Source: an uncultured Clostridia bacterium | Lineage (GTDB): Bacteria; Bacillota; Clostridia; TANB77; CAG-508 | Reading direction: 5' to 3' | Assembly: GCA_947629625.1 (NCBI GenBank) | Contig: CANRES010000002.1 | Location: 1,652 to 65,651 of the forward strand | Length of the DNA stretch: 64,000 nt | Shown: positions 29,989 to 39,846 of the stretch, one piece after another | Layout of the letters: the number at the start of each line of letters is the position of its first letter | Position numbering within the stretch: position 1 is the first letter of the stretch | The notes under the pieces: generated by a model | Told to the model about the DNA's origin: nothing | The model's input: the letters and a program-made list of their open reading frames with translations, nothing else | Database searches by the model: none | Program-made: the position numbers and the translations under genes

Positions 29989-31273
29989 TAACGAATTAAC
30001 AAGTTTATTAACAACAATATTAATAGCAATGGTATTTGTATTATTTTTTCTAATAATGATATTTGTTTTCATAAAAATAAAAAATGATAAAAAGAAAAAG
30101 ATGCCGATGCAAACAGAAAATAAAGGAACAAATACAGCAACACAAGGATATAATAAACAATCAATTTTTAATTTTATGGAATTTGATAAAATTGAAGATA
30201 ATATGATAATTCAAAAAAACGGAACAAAATACTTAATGGTAGTTGAATGTCAGGGAGTAAATTATGATTTAATGTCAGGAATAGAAAAAACCTCAGTAGA
30301 AGAAGGCTTTCTACAATTTTTAAACACATTAAGACACCCAATACAAATATACACACAAACAAGAACAGTAAACTTAGAAAAAAGTATATCTACATATAAA
30401 TCTAGAATAGACCAACTAGAAGCAGATTTAAGAGCAAAAGAAGCAAATTATCAAGCAAAAGCAAAATCTGGAAGATATACAAAAGAACAACTAGATAAAG
30501 AATTTTATGAACTTACGAAACAAAGAAATCTATATGAATATGGAAGAGATGTAATCTTTAATACAGAAAGAATGAGTACAAATAAAAACGTACTAAACAA
30601 AAAATACTATATAATAATTCCATACTATCCAGAAGATTTAGGAAATAACAATTTTGATAAAGAAGAAATCAAAAACATAGCATTTTCTGAACTATACACA
30701 AGAGCACAATCAGTTATAAGAACGTTATCAGCATGTGGAATAAACGGAAAAATATTAGGCTCAAACTTACTTGCAGAACTATTATATGTAGCATATAATC
30801 GTGATGAAGAAGAAATATATGGACTTGATAAAGCAATAGCAGCAGGATATGACGAACTATATTCAACAGCACCAGATGTACTAGATAAGAAAATGAAGGA
30901 ATTAGATAAACAAATTGAACAAAAAGCAATGGATATGGCAAATGATGCAGTAATTCAAGCAAAATCAGATAAACAAAAGAGAATTGAAGAAAAAGAAAAA
31001 TCAATGAACGATTTGATATCACAAATGGCAAAATTAATTATAGAAGAAAACAAAACATTTGTAGGAGAAGATATTGCAGAAGCAGCAGTTGATAAAATAG
31101 ATGGTACAGAAGAACAAGAAGATATCGAAGAAATTGAAGAAGAAGAGGAAATAGCACCACCTAAAAAACGAGGAAGAAAAAAAGCAAGCACAGAAAATAC
31201 AGAAGAAGGAGGAAAAGTAAATGATGTCAAAGAAAAAAAGAAAACAACAAGAAGAACTACAAAGACAGCTTGA
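29981..31273 (+). CDS. Membrane-anchored coiled-coil protein of unknown function, with an acidic stretch and a basic KKRGRKK tail
   Basis: N-terminal TM (aa 8-32), long coiled-coil-like segments, C-terminal EEIEEEEEIAPPKKRGRKKAS.... Overlaps the virB4-like start by 53 nt. Confidence 0.5.
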   Translation: MSNNELTSLLTTILIAMVFVLFFLIMIFVFIKIKNDKKKKMPMQTENKGTNTATQGYNKQSIFNFMEFDKIEDNMIIQKNGTKYLMVVECQGVNYDLMSGIEKTSVEEGFLQFLNTLRHPIQIYTQTRTVNLEKSISTYKSRIDQLEADLRAKEANYQAKAKSGRYTKEQLDKEFYELTKQRNLYEYGRDVIFNTERMSTNKNVLNKKYYIIIPYYPEDLGNNNFDKEEIKNIAFSELYTRAQSVIRTLSACGINGKILGSNLLAELLYVAYNRDEEEIYGLDKAIAAGYDELYSTAPDVLDKKMKELDKQIEQKAMDMANDAVIQAKSDKQKRIEEKEKSMNDLISQMAKLIIEENKTFVGEDIAEAAVDKIDGTEEQEDIEEIEEEEEIAPPKKRGRKKASTENTEEGGKVNDVKEKKKTTRRTTKTA

Positions 31274-33188
31274 AACAAGAAATAGTATAGACATTAGCAT
31301 ACTAAAAAAGAAAACAATTAAAGATTTAATTGCACCATCTGGAATAGACGCTTCAAATATAGACCATTTAAAAATAATATCAAATACAAATAGATTTGCA
31401 AGAAGTTTCTTTGTATCAACACTACCTAGAATGTGTACGTTCCCAGAATTGTTTAGAGATATGTATATGTTTGGAGATATAAACACATCAATATATATAA
31501 ACCCAATACCAGAAGCAAGATCTCAAAACGAATTAAATAGAGTAATAAATGAACTAGAAACAGAAAGAATTGTAGCAGCAGATAGAGGAAATATAAATAG
31601 AGAAAGTACAGTATCTCAAAAAAGATTAGAAGCAGAAGAATTAAGAGACGAAATTGCAGCAGGATTTAATAAATTATTTGAAGCATCAATTGTTGCAACA
31701 CTATTTGCATACAGCCTAGAAGATTTGGACAAATACACAAAACTATTAGCAACAGAAATGTCAAAATCATTAGTTGGAGTAAAAAGTGCTTGGGGAATGC
31801 AAGAAGAAGCATTTAAATCTAATTTACCATTAATGAATGACCAAATAAAGAAAACACATACATTTGATAGACGTTCAATGGGAACAGTATTCCCATTCAC
31901 AACATCAGAAGTTGGACATCCAACAGGAATACCATTAGGATTTAATAAACAAACTGGAGTACCAATATTATTTGATAACTTCCACTCATCACTAACAAAC
32001 TATAACATGGTTATATTTGCAAAATCTGGTGCTGGTAAATCTGTTACAATGAAAACTTTAATATCAAGGTCAGCAGTATTAATGGGAATAGAAAGTTTAG
32101 CACTAGATGCAGAAGGTGAATATTCAATAGTTGCTGAAAGTTTAGGAGGAATTAATGTTGTATTAAGTCCAAATTCAAAAACAGTAATAAATTTATTTGA
32201 TATTGAATTAGAAACAGCAAAAGATGAAATAACAGGTAAAGAAAGACAAGTTTTAAATGTAGAAAATAAAGTAGAAGACGTAACACAAGCGCTACTTACA
32301 ATGGCAAGAGGAAGTACAAGAAGTCAAGAAGTAAATGAACTTACAAAACAAATAATTGCAGAAGCAGTAGCAGAAGAATATGCAAGATTAGGAATTACAA
32401 GTGATCCAAATAGCTTATATGTACAAAACAATACATTTGATGGAAATGCATTATATAAAGAAAAGAAAGAAATGCCTACAATTGGTAGTTGGTATAAACT
32501 AATAGAAAGAAAAGCAAAAGAAAATACAAATAAAGATTACAGTTTTCATTATAGTTACTTATTAAAAGTTATGAAACAATACATAAGAGCATATGATGGA
32601 CAAATGGCATATTTTGATGGACAATCTACATTTGATTTATTAGAGGGAGCACCTTTTATAAATCTAGATATATCACAACTAGAAGAAAGATTTGCAAGAC
32701 CATTAGCACAACAAATTCTATTATCATGGATTTGGGAAAAATATGTTAAGAAAAACAGTGAAGATAGAACAAAGGCTTCTAAAAAAAGAGTAATAGTAGA
32801 CGAAGCGTGGATGCTATTACCTTACCCAGAAGCAGTAGATTTCTTAAATACAATGGCTAGACGTGCAAGAAAAAGAAATGTATCATTAGCAATAATTTCA
32901 CAAAGATTTCAAGATTTTTATGAAAAACCAGAAGCACAAGCAGTATTAACATCTTCTGATACAAAACTATTTTTAGCACAAGATAAATCAGAAATACAAT
33001 ATTTAAAAGAAGTATTTAAACTAAGTGAAGGAGAAGCAGGATTTTTAGTAACTTGTTTAAAAGGAGAAGGATTATTAAAAGTTGGTGCAGATACAGCAAT
33101 ATTGCAAATTACACCAACAAAGAAGGAATTTGAATTTGTTGAAACAAATTTAAACAAATTGGTAGGAATGCGAAAAGCAAGAGAATAG
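31221..33188 (+). CDS. VirB4-family T4SS ATPase (TraE/TrsE/TcpF-like)
   Basis: Walker A FAKSGAGKSVTMKT, Walker B RVIVDEAWML. 655 aa, close to the size of the Gram-positive VirB4 homologues as I recall them (pIP501 TraE). Confidence 0.8.
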   Translation: MMSKKKRKQQEELQRQLETRNSIDISILKKKTIKDLIAPSGIDASNIDHLKIISNTNRFARSFFVSTLPRMCTFPELFRDMYMFGDINTSIYINPIPEARSQNELNRVINELETERIVAADRGNINRESTVSQKRLEAEELRDEIAAGFNKLFEASIVATLFAYSLEDLDKYTKLLATEMSKSLVGVKSAWGMQEEAFKSNLPLMNDQIKKTHTFDRRSMGTVFPFTTSEVGHPTGIPLGFNKQTGVPILFDNFHSSLTNYNMVIFAKSGAGKSVTMKTLISRSAVLMGIESLALDAEGEYSIVAESLGGINVVLSPNSKTVINLFDIELETAKDEITGKERQVLNVENKVEDVTQALLTMARGSTRSQEVNELTKQIIAEAVAEEYARLGITSDPNSLYVQNNTFDGNALYKEKKEMPTIGSWYKLIERKAKENTNKDYSFHYSYLLKVMKQYIRAYDGQMAYFDGQSTFDLLEGAPFINLDISQLEERFARPLAQQILLSWIWEKYVKKNSEDRTKASKKRVIVDEAWMLLPYPEAVDFLNTMARRARKRNVSLAIISQRFQDFYEKPEAQAVLTSSDTKLFLAQDKSEIQYLKEVFKLSEGEAGFLVTCLKGEGLLKVGADTAILQITPTKKEFEFVETNLNKLVGMRKARE

Positions 33189-33205
33189 TAAGGAGGAAAA
33201 GCCAA

Positions 33206-36200
33206 ATGAAGCTTTTTACTAAGAAAAATTTAATTCAAAAGATGACAATAGTTTTGGTAATTCTAATGCTATTTAATTTTATAATGCCAAATTTCGTAAG
33301 AGCAGAAACAGCGATAGAAACAGCAGGAAAAGTAATTTTCACACCAGTTAGGGGTTTCTTAGTAATGTGTGGAGATGGTCTTATGACTGGGCTACAATAT
33401 TTACTAAAAACAAACGAAAAAGCAGTAATACCATATAGTGATCAAATAGAAGAAAGTAAGCAATTTATTGGGGAAGAAGATGATAGAAATTATTTTGAAT
33501 ATTATCTGGGAGATATTGTACTAGATGTATATGGTAATGCTACGGGTCAAGATAAACCTAATTTTAAATATACACCAAAATTTATTTTTGAAAATAAAAT
33601 AAAATCATTTGATATAAATTTTATTAGCCCATCAAGAGCAAACACTAATGGAGAAGCAAAAGAAAATGAAAATAGTGAAGAAAATCAATCAAGTTATTCT
33701 GATGAAACATGGTATGAAGATTATGTATATACAGTAGAAAAATGCCAAGAAAAATATAATACTTCAACTGATGAAACAGAAAAAGGTGTAGCAAGAACAG
33801 TATTACGTCGTTTAGGAGCATGGGATGATACAACAAATAATGTAGGTTATACAGATGAAACCGCTAAAAATGCTGTAAGTGAACTTTCACAAAGATATTA
33901 TAATGGTGCAACTATGTATGAAATGTTAGGAGCAGATCCAACCTCAAAAGATGCAACAATGAAAAAATATGTTGAATTTCTAGATAGTGGAATAGGTACA
34001 TATGTAATTGGAACTGTTGCTGAATATCATAAAGTAGCAGGAAATGAAACAAAAGAAACATTAGATTATGATGCAATAGCACCAGTAAATGCACTACATG
34101 ATATGATAGCAACATGGTATAAAATATTAAGAAATATTGCATTAATATTTTTACTATCAATTTTAGTATATATAGGAATTAGAATAATACTATCAAGTAC
34201 AGCAGCAGATAATGCAAAATATAAAAAAATGCTTGTAGATTGGGTAGTTGCATTATGTATTTTATTTGCATTACATTATATAATGGCAGGTATAAATGGG
34301 GCAGTTAATATGGTTGTAGATGCATTTACACCATCAAATAGTTCTGATACTGATGCTATATTTGGAAATGTAAGAACACAATTAATGTCTGAAAATTTAT
34401 CTGACCAACTTTTTTATACAGTATTATATCTAGTATTGGTTATCTATACATTAGTATTTACATTTTATTATTTGAAAAGGGTTGTTTATGCAGCATTTTT
34501 AACATTAATTGCGCCATTAGTAGCATTAACTTACCCATTAGATAGAATGGGTGATGGAAAATCACAAGCATTTAATATGTGGTTAAAGGAATACATTGCG
34601 AATGTAATTATTCAACCAGTGCATTTATTGATATATACTGTATTAATAGGTTCTGTACTTTCATTATCAGTAAAAAATCCATTATATGCAATTGTTGTAA
34701 TGGGAGCAATGATGCCAGCAGAAAAATTCATTAGAGAGATGTTTGGATTAAATAGCCAAAAAGGATTAAGCCCAGCAGGAAGCTTTGCAGGTGGAGCACT
34801 TGCTGCATCAGCAATGAATAAATTATTATCAAAACCACCTAGAATGCATCCTCGTGGTGAACATGGTAAATCAAAAGATAATGGCAGTGAAAACGAAAAT
34901 GAAACAAAACGAAATAAAATTAAAATGAAAGATAGTATGTCTGATATAGCAAATTCAATAGTAGGACAAGATGTGCCAGATGTAACCAATAATAGAATAA
35001 AAGATAACACAAATAGCACAGAAAATAAACCAGATGTAGATAATGGAGATTTTCCAGATAGTAGAGAACTTGATAATCAAGAGCAAGCAAAAAATGAAGA
35101 TATATACTTACCAAATAATAAAGATACAAGTAATATGGATGAAATAGCTTCACCATCACAAGAAGAAATTGATGCAGCTTTAAATCCACCTATGGATGAT
35201 GATAGAGTTACTATGGATGAAATAGCACCACCATCACAAGAAGAAATTAATGCGACTTTAAATTCACCTATGGATAAAAATACAAGTACTATGGATGAAA
35301 TAGCACCACCACCACAAGAAGAAATTGATGCAACTTTAAATCCACCTATGCATAATAACAGACAAATCAACAGTCAAGAAGATAAATTACAGCAAGGAAA
35401 CAATAACTTGAACATGCCTAATAAAGCAACTATACCAATGAGTAAAGCAGAACAAAAACAAGCAAAGAAAACATTGAAGAAACAAAAAAGAGCTGCTCAA
35501 TATGCAGCATCAAAAAGATATTATACTAAATTAACTAAACAAAGATTAAGAAAATTAGGAAAATTAGGTAAAGGTTTAGCAAGAGGAGCATTAAAAACAG
35601 CAGGTGCTGCAACGGGAATAGCATTAGGTGCAACAGCAGGAATAGTAGGAGGAATTGCTACTGGTGATGTAGGAAATGCATTAAAATTTACTGGAGCTGG
35701 TGCATTAGCAGGTGCAAAATTTGGTTCTGTAATAGGTGATGATGTTTATAATATTGGAGCAAGAGGTGGATCTGGTGTAGCGAGTGCAATTAATAGTCAA
35801 AAAGAAATGAAGCAAATGTGGCAAAACGACTTATACAATACTAATGAAGAATATAGAAAAAAAGTGGATCAAAAAGAAGCAAAGAAATTAATAAAATCAG
35901 CAGAAACAACAGCAATGATACAACAAAGATTTGGAAGGGGTAAAGTAAAAGAAGCACAAAAGGCTATGATGGAATATAATGAACGAGGAATAGATAATGT
36001 TGATACAATGCTTAACTGTTTTGGACTAGAACAAGGAATAGATAGACATGGAAATAGATTTACTGAACCGGGTAGTATCGATCGTAATCAAGCAATTATG
36101 GCAGGAAGAATTGCAGAACAATATGATGTAAATAATGCTTCTGGCAGAAAATCTAGTAAAGATGAATTAGAGCATCAATTAGCAAATAGCGTATATAATG

Positions 36201-36448
36201 GATCTTTTGATGGTAAAGAATATACAATAACAAGAGACCAAGCATTTGATAGAGTAAAAGGAAATGTAAATAATATTATGAAACTAGCGGATATGGCACA
36301 AGGAATTGATACAAAACATGCAGGCTTAGCAGATCAATTAGAAGAATCAAATAAAGCTAAACAAAAACGTACTAGAGCAAAAGAAGTTAGAGAGAGAATG
36401 GAAGTTGAAAATGAAGTTGCAAGAGAAAATAACAACAAAAACAACTAA
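33206..36448 (+). CDS. VirB6/TrbL-like polytopic membrane protein with a large N-terminal extracytoplasmic domain, three tandem 26-aa Pro-rich repeats, a Gly/Ala-zipper segment and a C-terminal soluble domain
   Basis: Signal/TM at the N-terminus, about 6 TMs at aa 300-510, repeats MDEIAPPSQEEIDATLNPPM x3, glycine zipper GAATGIALGATAGIVGGIATG. Confidence 0.6.
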   Translation: MKLFTKKNLIQKMTIVLVILMLFNFIMPNFVRAETAIETAGKVIFTPVRGFLVMCGDGLMTGLQYLLKTNEKAVIPYSDQIEESKQFIGEEDDRNYFEYYLGDIVLDVYGNATGQDKPNFKYTPKFIFENKIKSFDINFISPSRANTNGEAKENENSEENQSSYSDETWYEDYVYTVEKCQEKYNTSTDETEKGVARTVLRRLGAWDDTTNNVGYTDETAKNAVSELSQRYYNGATMYEMLGADPTSKDATMKKYVEFLDSGIGTYVIGTVAEYHKVAGNETKETLDYDAIAPVNALHDMIATWYKILRNIALIFLLSILVYIGIRIILSSTAADNAKYKKMLVDWVVALCILFALHYIMAGINGAVNMVVDAFTPSNSSDTDAIFGNVRTQLMSENLSDQLFYTVLYLVLVIYTLVFTFYYLKRVVYAAFLTLIAPLVALTYPLDRMGDGKSQAFNMWLKEYIANVIIQPVHLLIYTVLIGSVLSLSVKNPLYAIVVMGAMMPAEKFIREMFGLNSQKGLSPAGSFAGGALAASAMNKLLSKPPRMHPRGEHGKSKDNGSENENETKRNKIKMKDSMSDIANSIVGQDVPDVTNNRIKDNTNSTENKPDVDNGDFPDSRELDNQEQAKNEDIYLPNNKDTSNMDEIASPSQEEIDAALNPPMDDDRVTMDEIAPPSQEEINATLNSPMDKNTSTMDEIAPPPQEEIDATLNPPMHNNRQINSQEDKLQQGNNNLNMPNKATIPMSKAEQKQAKKTLKKQKRAAQYAASKRYYTKLTKQRLRKLGKLGKGLARGALKTAGAATGIALGATAGIVGGIATGDVGNALKFTGAGALAGAKFGSVIGDDVYNIGARGGSGVASAINSQKEMKQMWQNDLYNTNEEYRKKVDQKEAKKLIKSAETTAMIQQRFGRGKVKEAQKAMMEYNERGIDNVDTMLNCFGLEQGIDRHGNRFTEPGSIDRNQAIMAGRIAEQYDVNNASGRKSSKDELEHQLANSVYNGSFDGKEYTITRDQAFDRVKGNVNNIMKLADMAQGIDTKHAGLADQLEESNKAKQKRTRAKEVRERMEVENEVARENNNKNN
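35135..35368 (+). repeat. 3 x 78-bp in-frame tandem repeat inside the VirB6-like gene
   Basis: atggatgaaatagc(t/a)(t/c)cacca(t/c)cacaagaagaaatt... occurs at 35135, 35213 and 35291. Confidence 0.8.
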
Positions 36449-36478
36449 AAATAATAACTAAATTTAATGGGGGCAAAA

Positions 36479-36979
36479 ATGTTAGGAACACATCCAATTG
36501 TTAGATATTTAAATCAAAATAGAAAACAAATATTTACAGTAATTATAGCAGTAGCAATATTTTTCCTAATATTAAGAATTTTAAATAATATAGAAGAAAG
36601 AAAAATAAAACAAGAACAAGAAAAAACAAATACATATTATACAGAAATAACAAATGCAAACGAACATGCAAAAATAATAAAACAATTTCTAGAATATTGT
36701 AAGAGTGGAGATGCAAGTAATGCATATAAATTACTTGCATCCAAAACAAAAGAAGAAAAATATCAAAATCAAACTGAATTTAACAATAACTATATTTTAA
36801 AATTCTTTTCAGAAAACAAAAACTACACAATAACATACAATTCACAAAATAATAATCAATATTACTATATTATAAAAATAACTAATGACATAATATCAGC
36901 GGGAAAAGTTGATAAAGAACCAGTAATACAAGATTTTATAATTACTAATGAAAATGGAGAAGACAAAATTATAATTTAA
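36479..36979 (+). CDS. Membrane-anchored single NTF2-like domain protein (VirB8/TcpC-like candidate)
   Basis: N-terminal TM; ...CKSGDASNAYKLLASKTKEEKYQNQTEF... is the NTF2/SnoaL-like pattern shared with the 38.5-39.8 kb protein. Confidence 0.45.
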   Translation: MLGTHPIVRYLNQNRKQIFTVIIAVAIFFLILRILNNIEERKIKQEQEKTNTYYTEITNANEHAKIIKQFLEYCKSGDASNAYKLLASKTKEEKYQNQTEFNNNYILKFFSENKNYTITYNSQNNNQYYYIIKITNDIISAGKVDKEPVIQDFIITNENGEDKIII

Positions 36980-37130
36980 TTTTTAATAAATAAGGGAGAG
37001 GTTGCATTAATATTATGCAACCTAATTTTAAAAATAATATTTATATATGTATTCTACATTGCAAAAAAATAAAAATTTATATCAAGAGTATAAATATAAG
37101 TATTAAAAAGGAAGACAAGAAGGTGAAAAA

Positions 37131-38477
37131 ATGGACTTTTTAGAACAAGCAAAAAGTGCATTCAAAAATGCATATTTAACAGGAATAAAAAAGAAATTAA
37201 TAATGTTAGGAATAGGAATACTAGTATTTATAATATTAATAACAATACTAGTAGGTGTAATATTAGTAGAAGACGAAGAAAGCCAAATTGGAAATTATAA
37301 TAGTTTAGCATCATACTCATTTTGGTGGCCAATAGGAAGTAGAGAAACAACATTAGATGCAGATGGAAATGAATACGCAATTAAAGAGCCATCAGCAATA
37401 ACTATAAGTAGTGATTACAAAATAAGAAATCAAGAAAGACCAGACCATGACGGAATAGATATAAATAGTGATGATGCTCAAGATGGAGAAAAAAAAGGAG
37501 AAGGTTACCATTATATTATTGCATCAAAAGATGGAACAGTAATTACATCTCATTTTTCAGGTCAAAATGGTGTAGAAGGTTCAGCAGGAGAATACATAGC
37601 AATAGACCATGGAGATGGATTTGTTACAAAATATATGCATATGTATGAAGGAAGTCGTACAGTAGAGGTAGGAGATACAGTAAAACAGGGACAAATTATT
37701 GGTATTATGGGAAATACAGGCTATTCTACAGGAGCACACTTACACTTTCAAATAGAACTTGATGGGGAACCAGTAGATCCTTTGCAATATGTAAGTGCAG
37801 AATTCCCAAGAGGTGGATCAAGCATTGATCCATTTACAACAAGTATTTCAAGGGAAGACTTTATACAATGTATTCAACAATATTCACAAGAAGCAAATTA
37901 TCAAATGAATATGGCACAATATGCAGGAGAATTTTATGATATATGCACAGAAAAAGGAGTAAGTGCTGAATTAGCATTTGCACACTCATGTTTAGAAACA
38001 GAATTTGGAACATATTTTATAGCACAAAATAACTATTTTGGTTATGCAGCATATAATAGTAATCCAAATTCAGCAACAAGTTATTCAACACCACAAGAAT
38101 CAATAAGAAGTTATTGTGATTGGGTAATAAACAATGCAACAATGGACACAAGTGCATATCAAGCAAACCTTCAAAGAGCGGAAGAATTATCACCATATAA
38201 TTCTATGCTAGTAGGCACACCAGAAACAAATGTATATGTATTATATATTAGATATGCTCAACTAGACGCTACACATGAAGGAGACTATGCAACAATAGAT
38301 CGTAACAATATAAATAGTGTTAAATATTTAGGAACATATTATTTCACATATTATATGTATGGAGAAATGTGTAACCATTTACCGGGAGAACCTACATCAG
38401 ATCAAGAAAAGGCAGATTATGCAGTATATTCTACAAATAAAAGAATAGAAATAATAAATAGTATATTTGGAAAATAA
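37131..38477 (+). CDS. Membrane-anchored bifunctional peptidoglycan hydrolase: M23 peptidase + glucosaminidase/FlgJ-like domain (functional VirB1 analogue)
   Basis: M23 motifs HDGIDI and HLHFQIELDGEPVDP; C-terminal ...ELAFAHSCLETEFG... is glucosaminidase-like; N-terminal TM. Confidence 0.7.
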   Translation: MDFLEQAKSAFKNAYLTGIKKKLIMLGIGILVFIILITILVGVILVEDEESQIGNYNSLASYSFWWPIGSRETTLDADGNEYAIKEPSAITISSDYKIRNQERPDHDGIDINSDDAQDGEKKGEGYHYIIASKDGTVITSHFSGQNGVEGSAGEYIAIDHGDGFVTKYMHMYEGSRTVEVGDTVKQGQIIGIMGNTGYSTGAHLHFQIELDGEPVDPLQYVSAEFPRGGSSIDPFTTSISREDFIQCIQQYSQEANYQMNMAQYAGEFYDICTEKGVSAELAFAHSCLETEFGTYFIAQNNYFGYAAYNSNPNSATSYSTPQESIRSYCDWVINNATMDTSAYQANLQRAEELSPYNSMLVGTPETNVYVLYIRYAQLDATHEGDYATIDRNNINSVKYLGTYYFTYYMYGEMCNHLPGEPTSDQEKADYAVYSTNKRIEIINSIFGK

Positions 38478-38493
38478 ATTAGAGGTGGGGGAA

Positions 38494-39837
38494 TTGAAAA
38501 AAATAAAAATACTCATAATTATTACTAGTATAATTTCTATATTACTTATATTTGCAATTATTATATTAAATATTAATAGTAAGGGAGAAGAAAATAATAA
38601 TAATTTAAATATTAACAATAACATAAGTAATATGATAGGTAATACAACAAGTAATATAGTAAATAATGTACAAGGTAATTTAATAAATAATAACGTACAA
38701 GAAAATAACATAAATATAGGGAGTACAGAAATAAAACCACAGCCTGTAAAATCAAGAGAAGATTTTTACACAGTAAAATCTTGTATTGATGAATATATTA
38801 ATTATATTGTAGCAAACAATAATGAAGCATTATATAACATATTAGATAAATATTATCTTGACAAAAATAATATAGATAAAAATAATATTTTAGAAAAATT
38901 AGTAAAAATAAATACATACCAAGTATTTAATCCAGAAAGAATGAATTATGTTGAATTAAATAACAAACAAATATATATGGTTTATGGAAAAATTAGAGAG
39001 GATAAACTAAATGAAAGAGCAAATGAGGTTGATTTTAATTTAACAGTAACAATAAATAAACAAAACAATAGTTATTCAATAATACCAGAAATAATTAATG
39101 AAACAACATCATATTCTTTAATTGGAAATAACACAAGAACTAAATATAATTTATATTCAACTGTTAATATAGATAATAAAACAATGGCAAATATTTATTT
39201 TGTAGATTATAAAACAAAATTACTATATAATCTTCAAAACGCATACGATTTATTAGATGAAAATTATTCTAAAAAAAGATTTAATGGTTATTCAAATTTT
39301 TATCAGTATGTACAAGACAACATAAATAAAATCAATAGAGCAAACTTAACAAAATATTCAATAACAAATGAAGGAAATAATACAATTTTTACATGTATAG
39401 ATCAATATAATAATTATTATATATTTGAAGAAACTGCAATAATGCAATATAAGGTTATGTTAGATAATTACACTATTGACAGTAATGAATTTGTAACAAA
39501 ATATAGTTCAGCATCATTTCAAGAAAAAATGGAATTAAATATACAAAAATTCATAAAAATGATAAATTCAAAAGATTATGAAAATGCTTATAATCTTTTA
39601 AATACAGAATTTAAAAATAATAATTTTGCAGACTTACAACAATTTATAAACTATGTAACATCATCATTTTATAACTACAATGATGTAAAATTTAATACTT
39701 TTTCAACACAAGGTGATATTGGAATATATGAAATTAATATTAATGGAGTAGTAAATGATATTGATGTTACACAAATAAAAACTATCATAATGAAACTAGG
39801 CACTGGAACAGATTTTGAAATATCATTTGATATATAG
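38494..39837 (+). CDS. Membrane-anchored Asn-rich protein with two tandem NTF2-like domains (TcpC/VirB8-like candidate)
   Basis: TM at the N-terminus; two ...(E/N)AY(N)(I/L)L... domains (NNNEALYNILDKYY..., KDYENAYNLLNTEFK...). TTG at 38494 after agaggtggggg is preferred over the track's overlapping 38467 start. Confidence 0.45.
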   Translation: MKKIKILIIITSIISILLIFAIIILNINSKGEENNNNLNINNNISNMIGNTTSNIVNNVQGNLINNNVQENNINIGSTEIKPQPVKSREDFYTVKSCIDEYINYIVANNNEALYNILDKYYLDKNNIDKNNILEKLVKINTYQVFNPERMNYVELNNKQIYMVYGKIREDKLNERANEVDFNLTVTINKQNNSYSIIPEIINETTSYSLIGNNTRTKYNLYSTVNIDNKTMANIYFVDYKTKLLYNLQNAYDLLDENYSKKRFNGYSNFYQYVQDNINKINRANLTKYSITNEGNNTIFTCIDQYNNYYIFEETAIMQYKVMLDNYTIDSNEFVTKYSSASFQEKMELNIQKFIKMINSKDYENAYNLLNTEFKNNNFADLQQFINYVTSSFYNYNDVKFNTFSTQGDIGIYEININGVVNDIDVTQIKTIIMKLGTGTDFEISFDI

Positions 39838-39846
39838 GGAGGAAAA

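Noticed and set aside
29981-31273. Interpreting the 430-aa ORF as the detached N-terminal domain of VirB4
   Set aside because: The downstream 655-aa ORF already contains its own N-terminal region plus Walker A/B, and its length matches Gram-positive VirB4 homologues as I recall them (pIP501 TraE). The 430-aa protein has its own TM and coiled-coil architecture, so it is treated as a separate, unassigned component.
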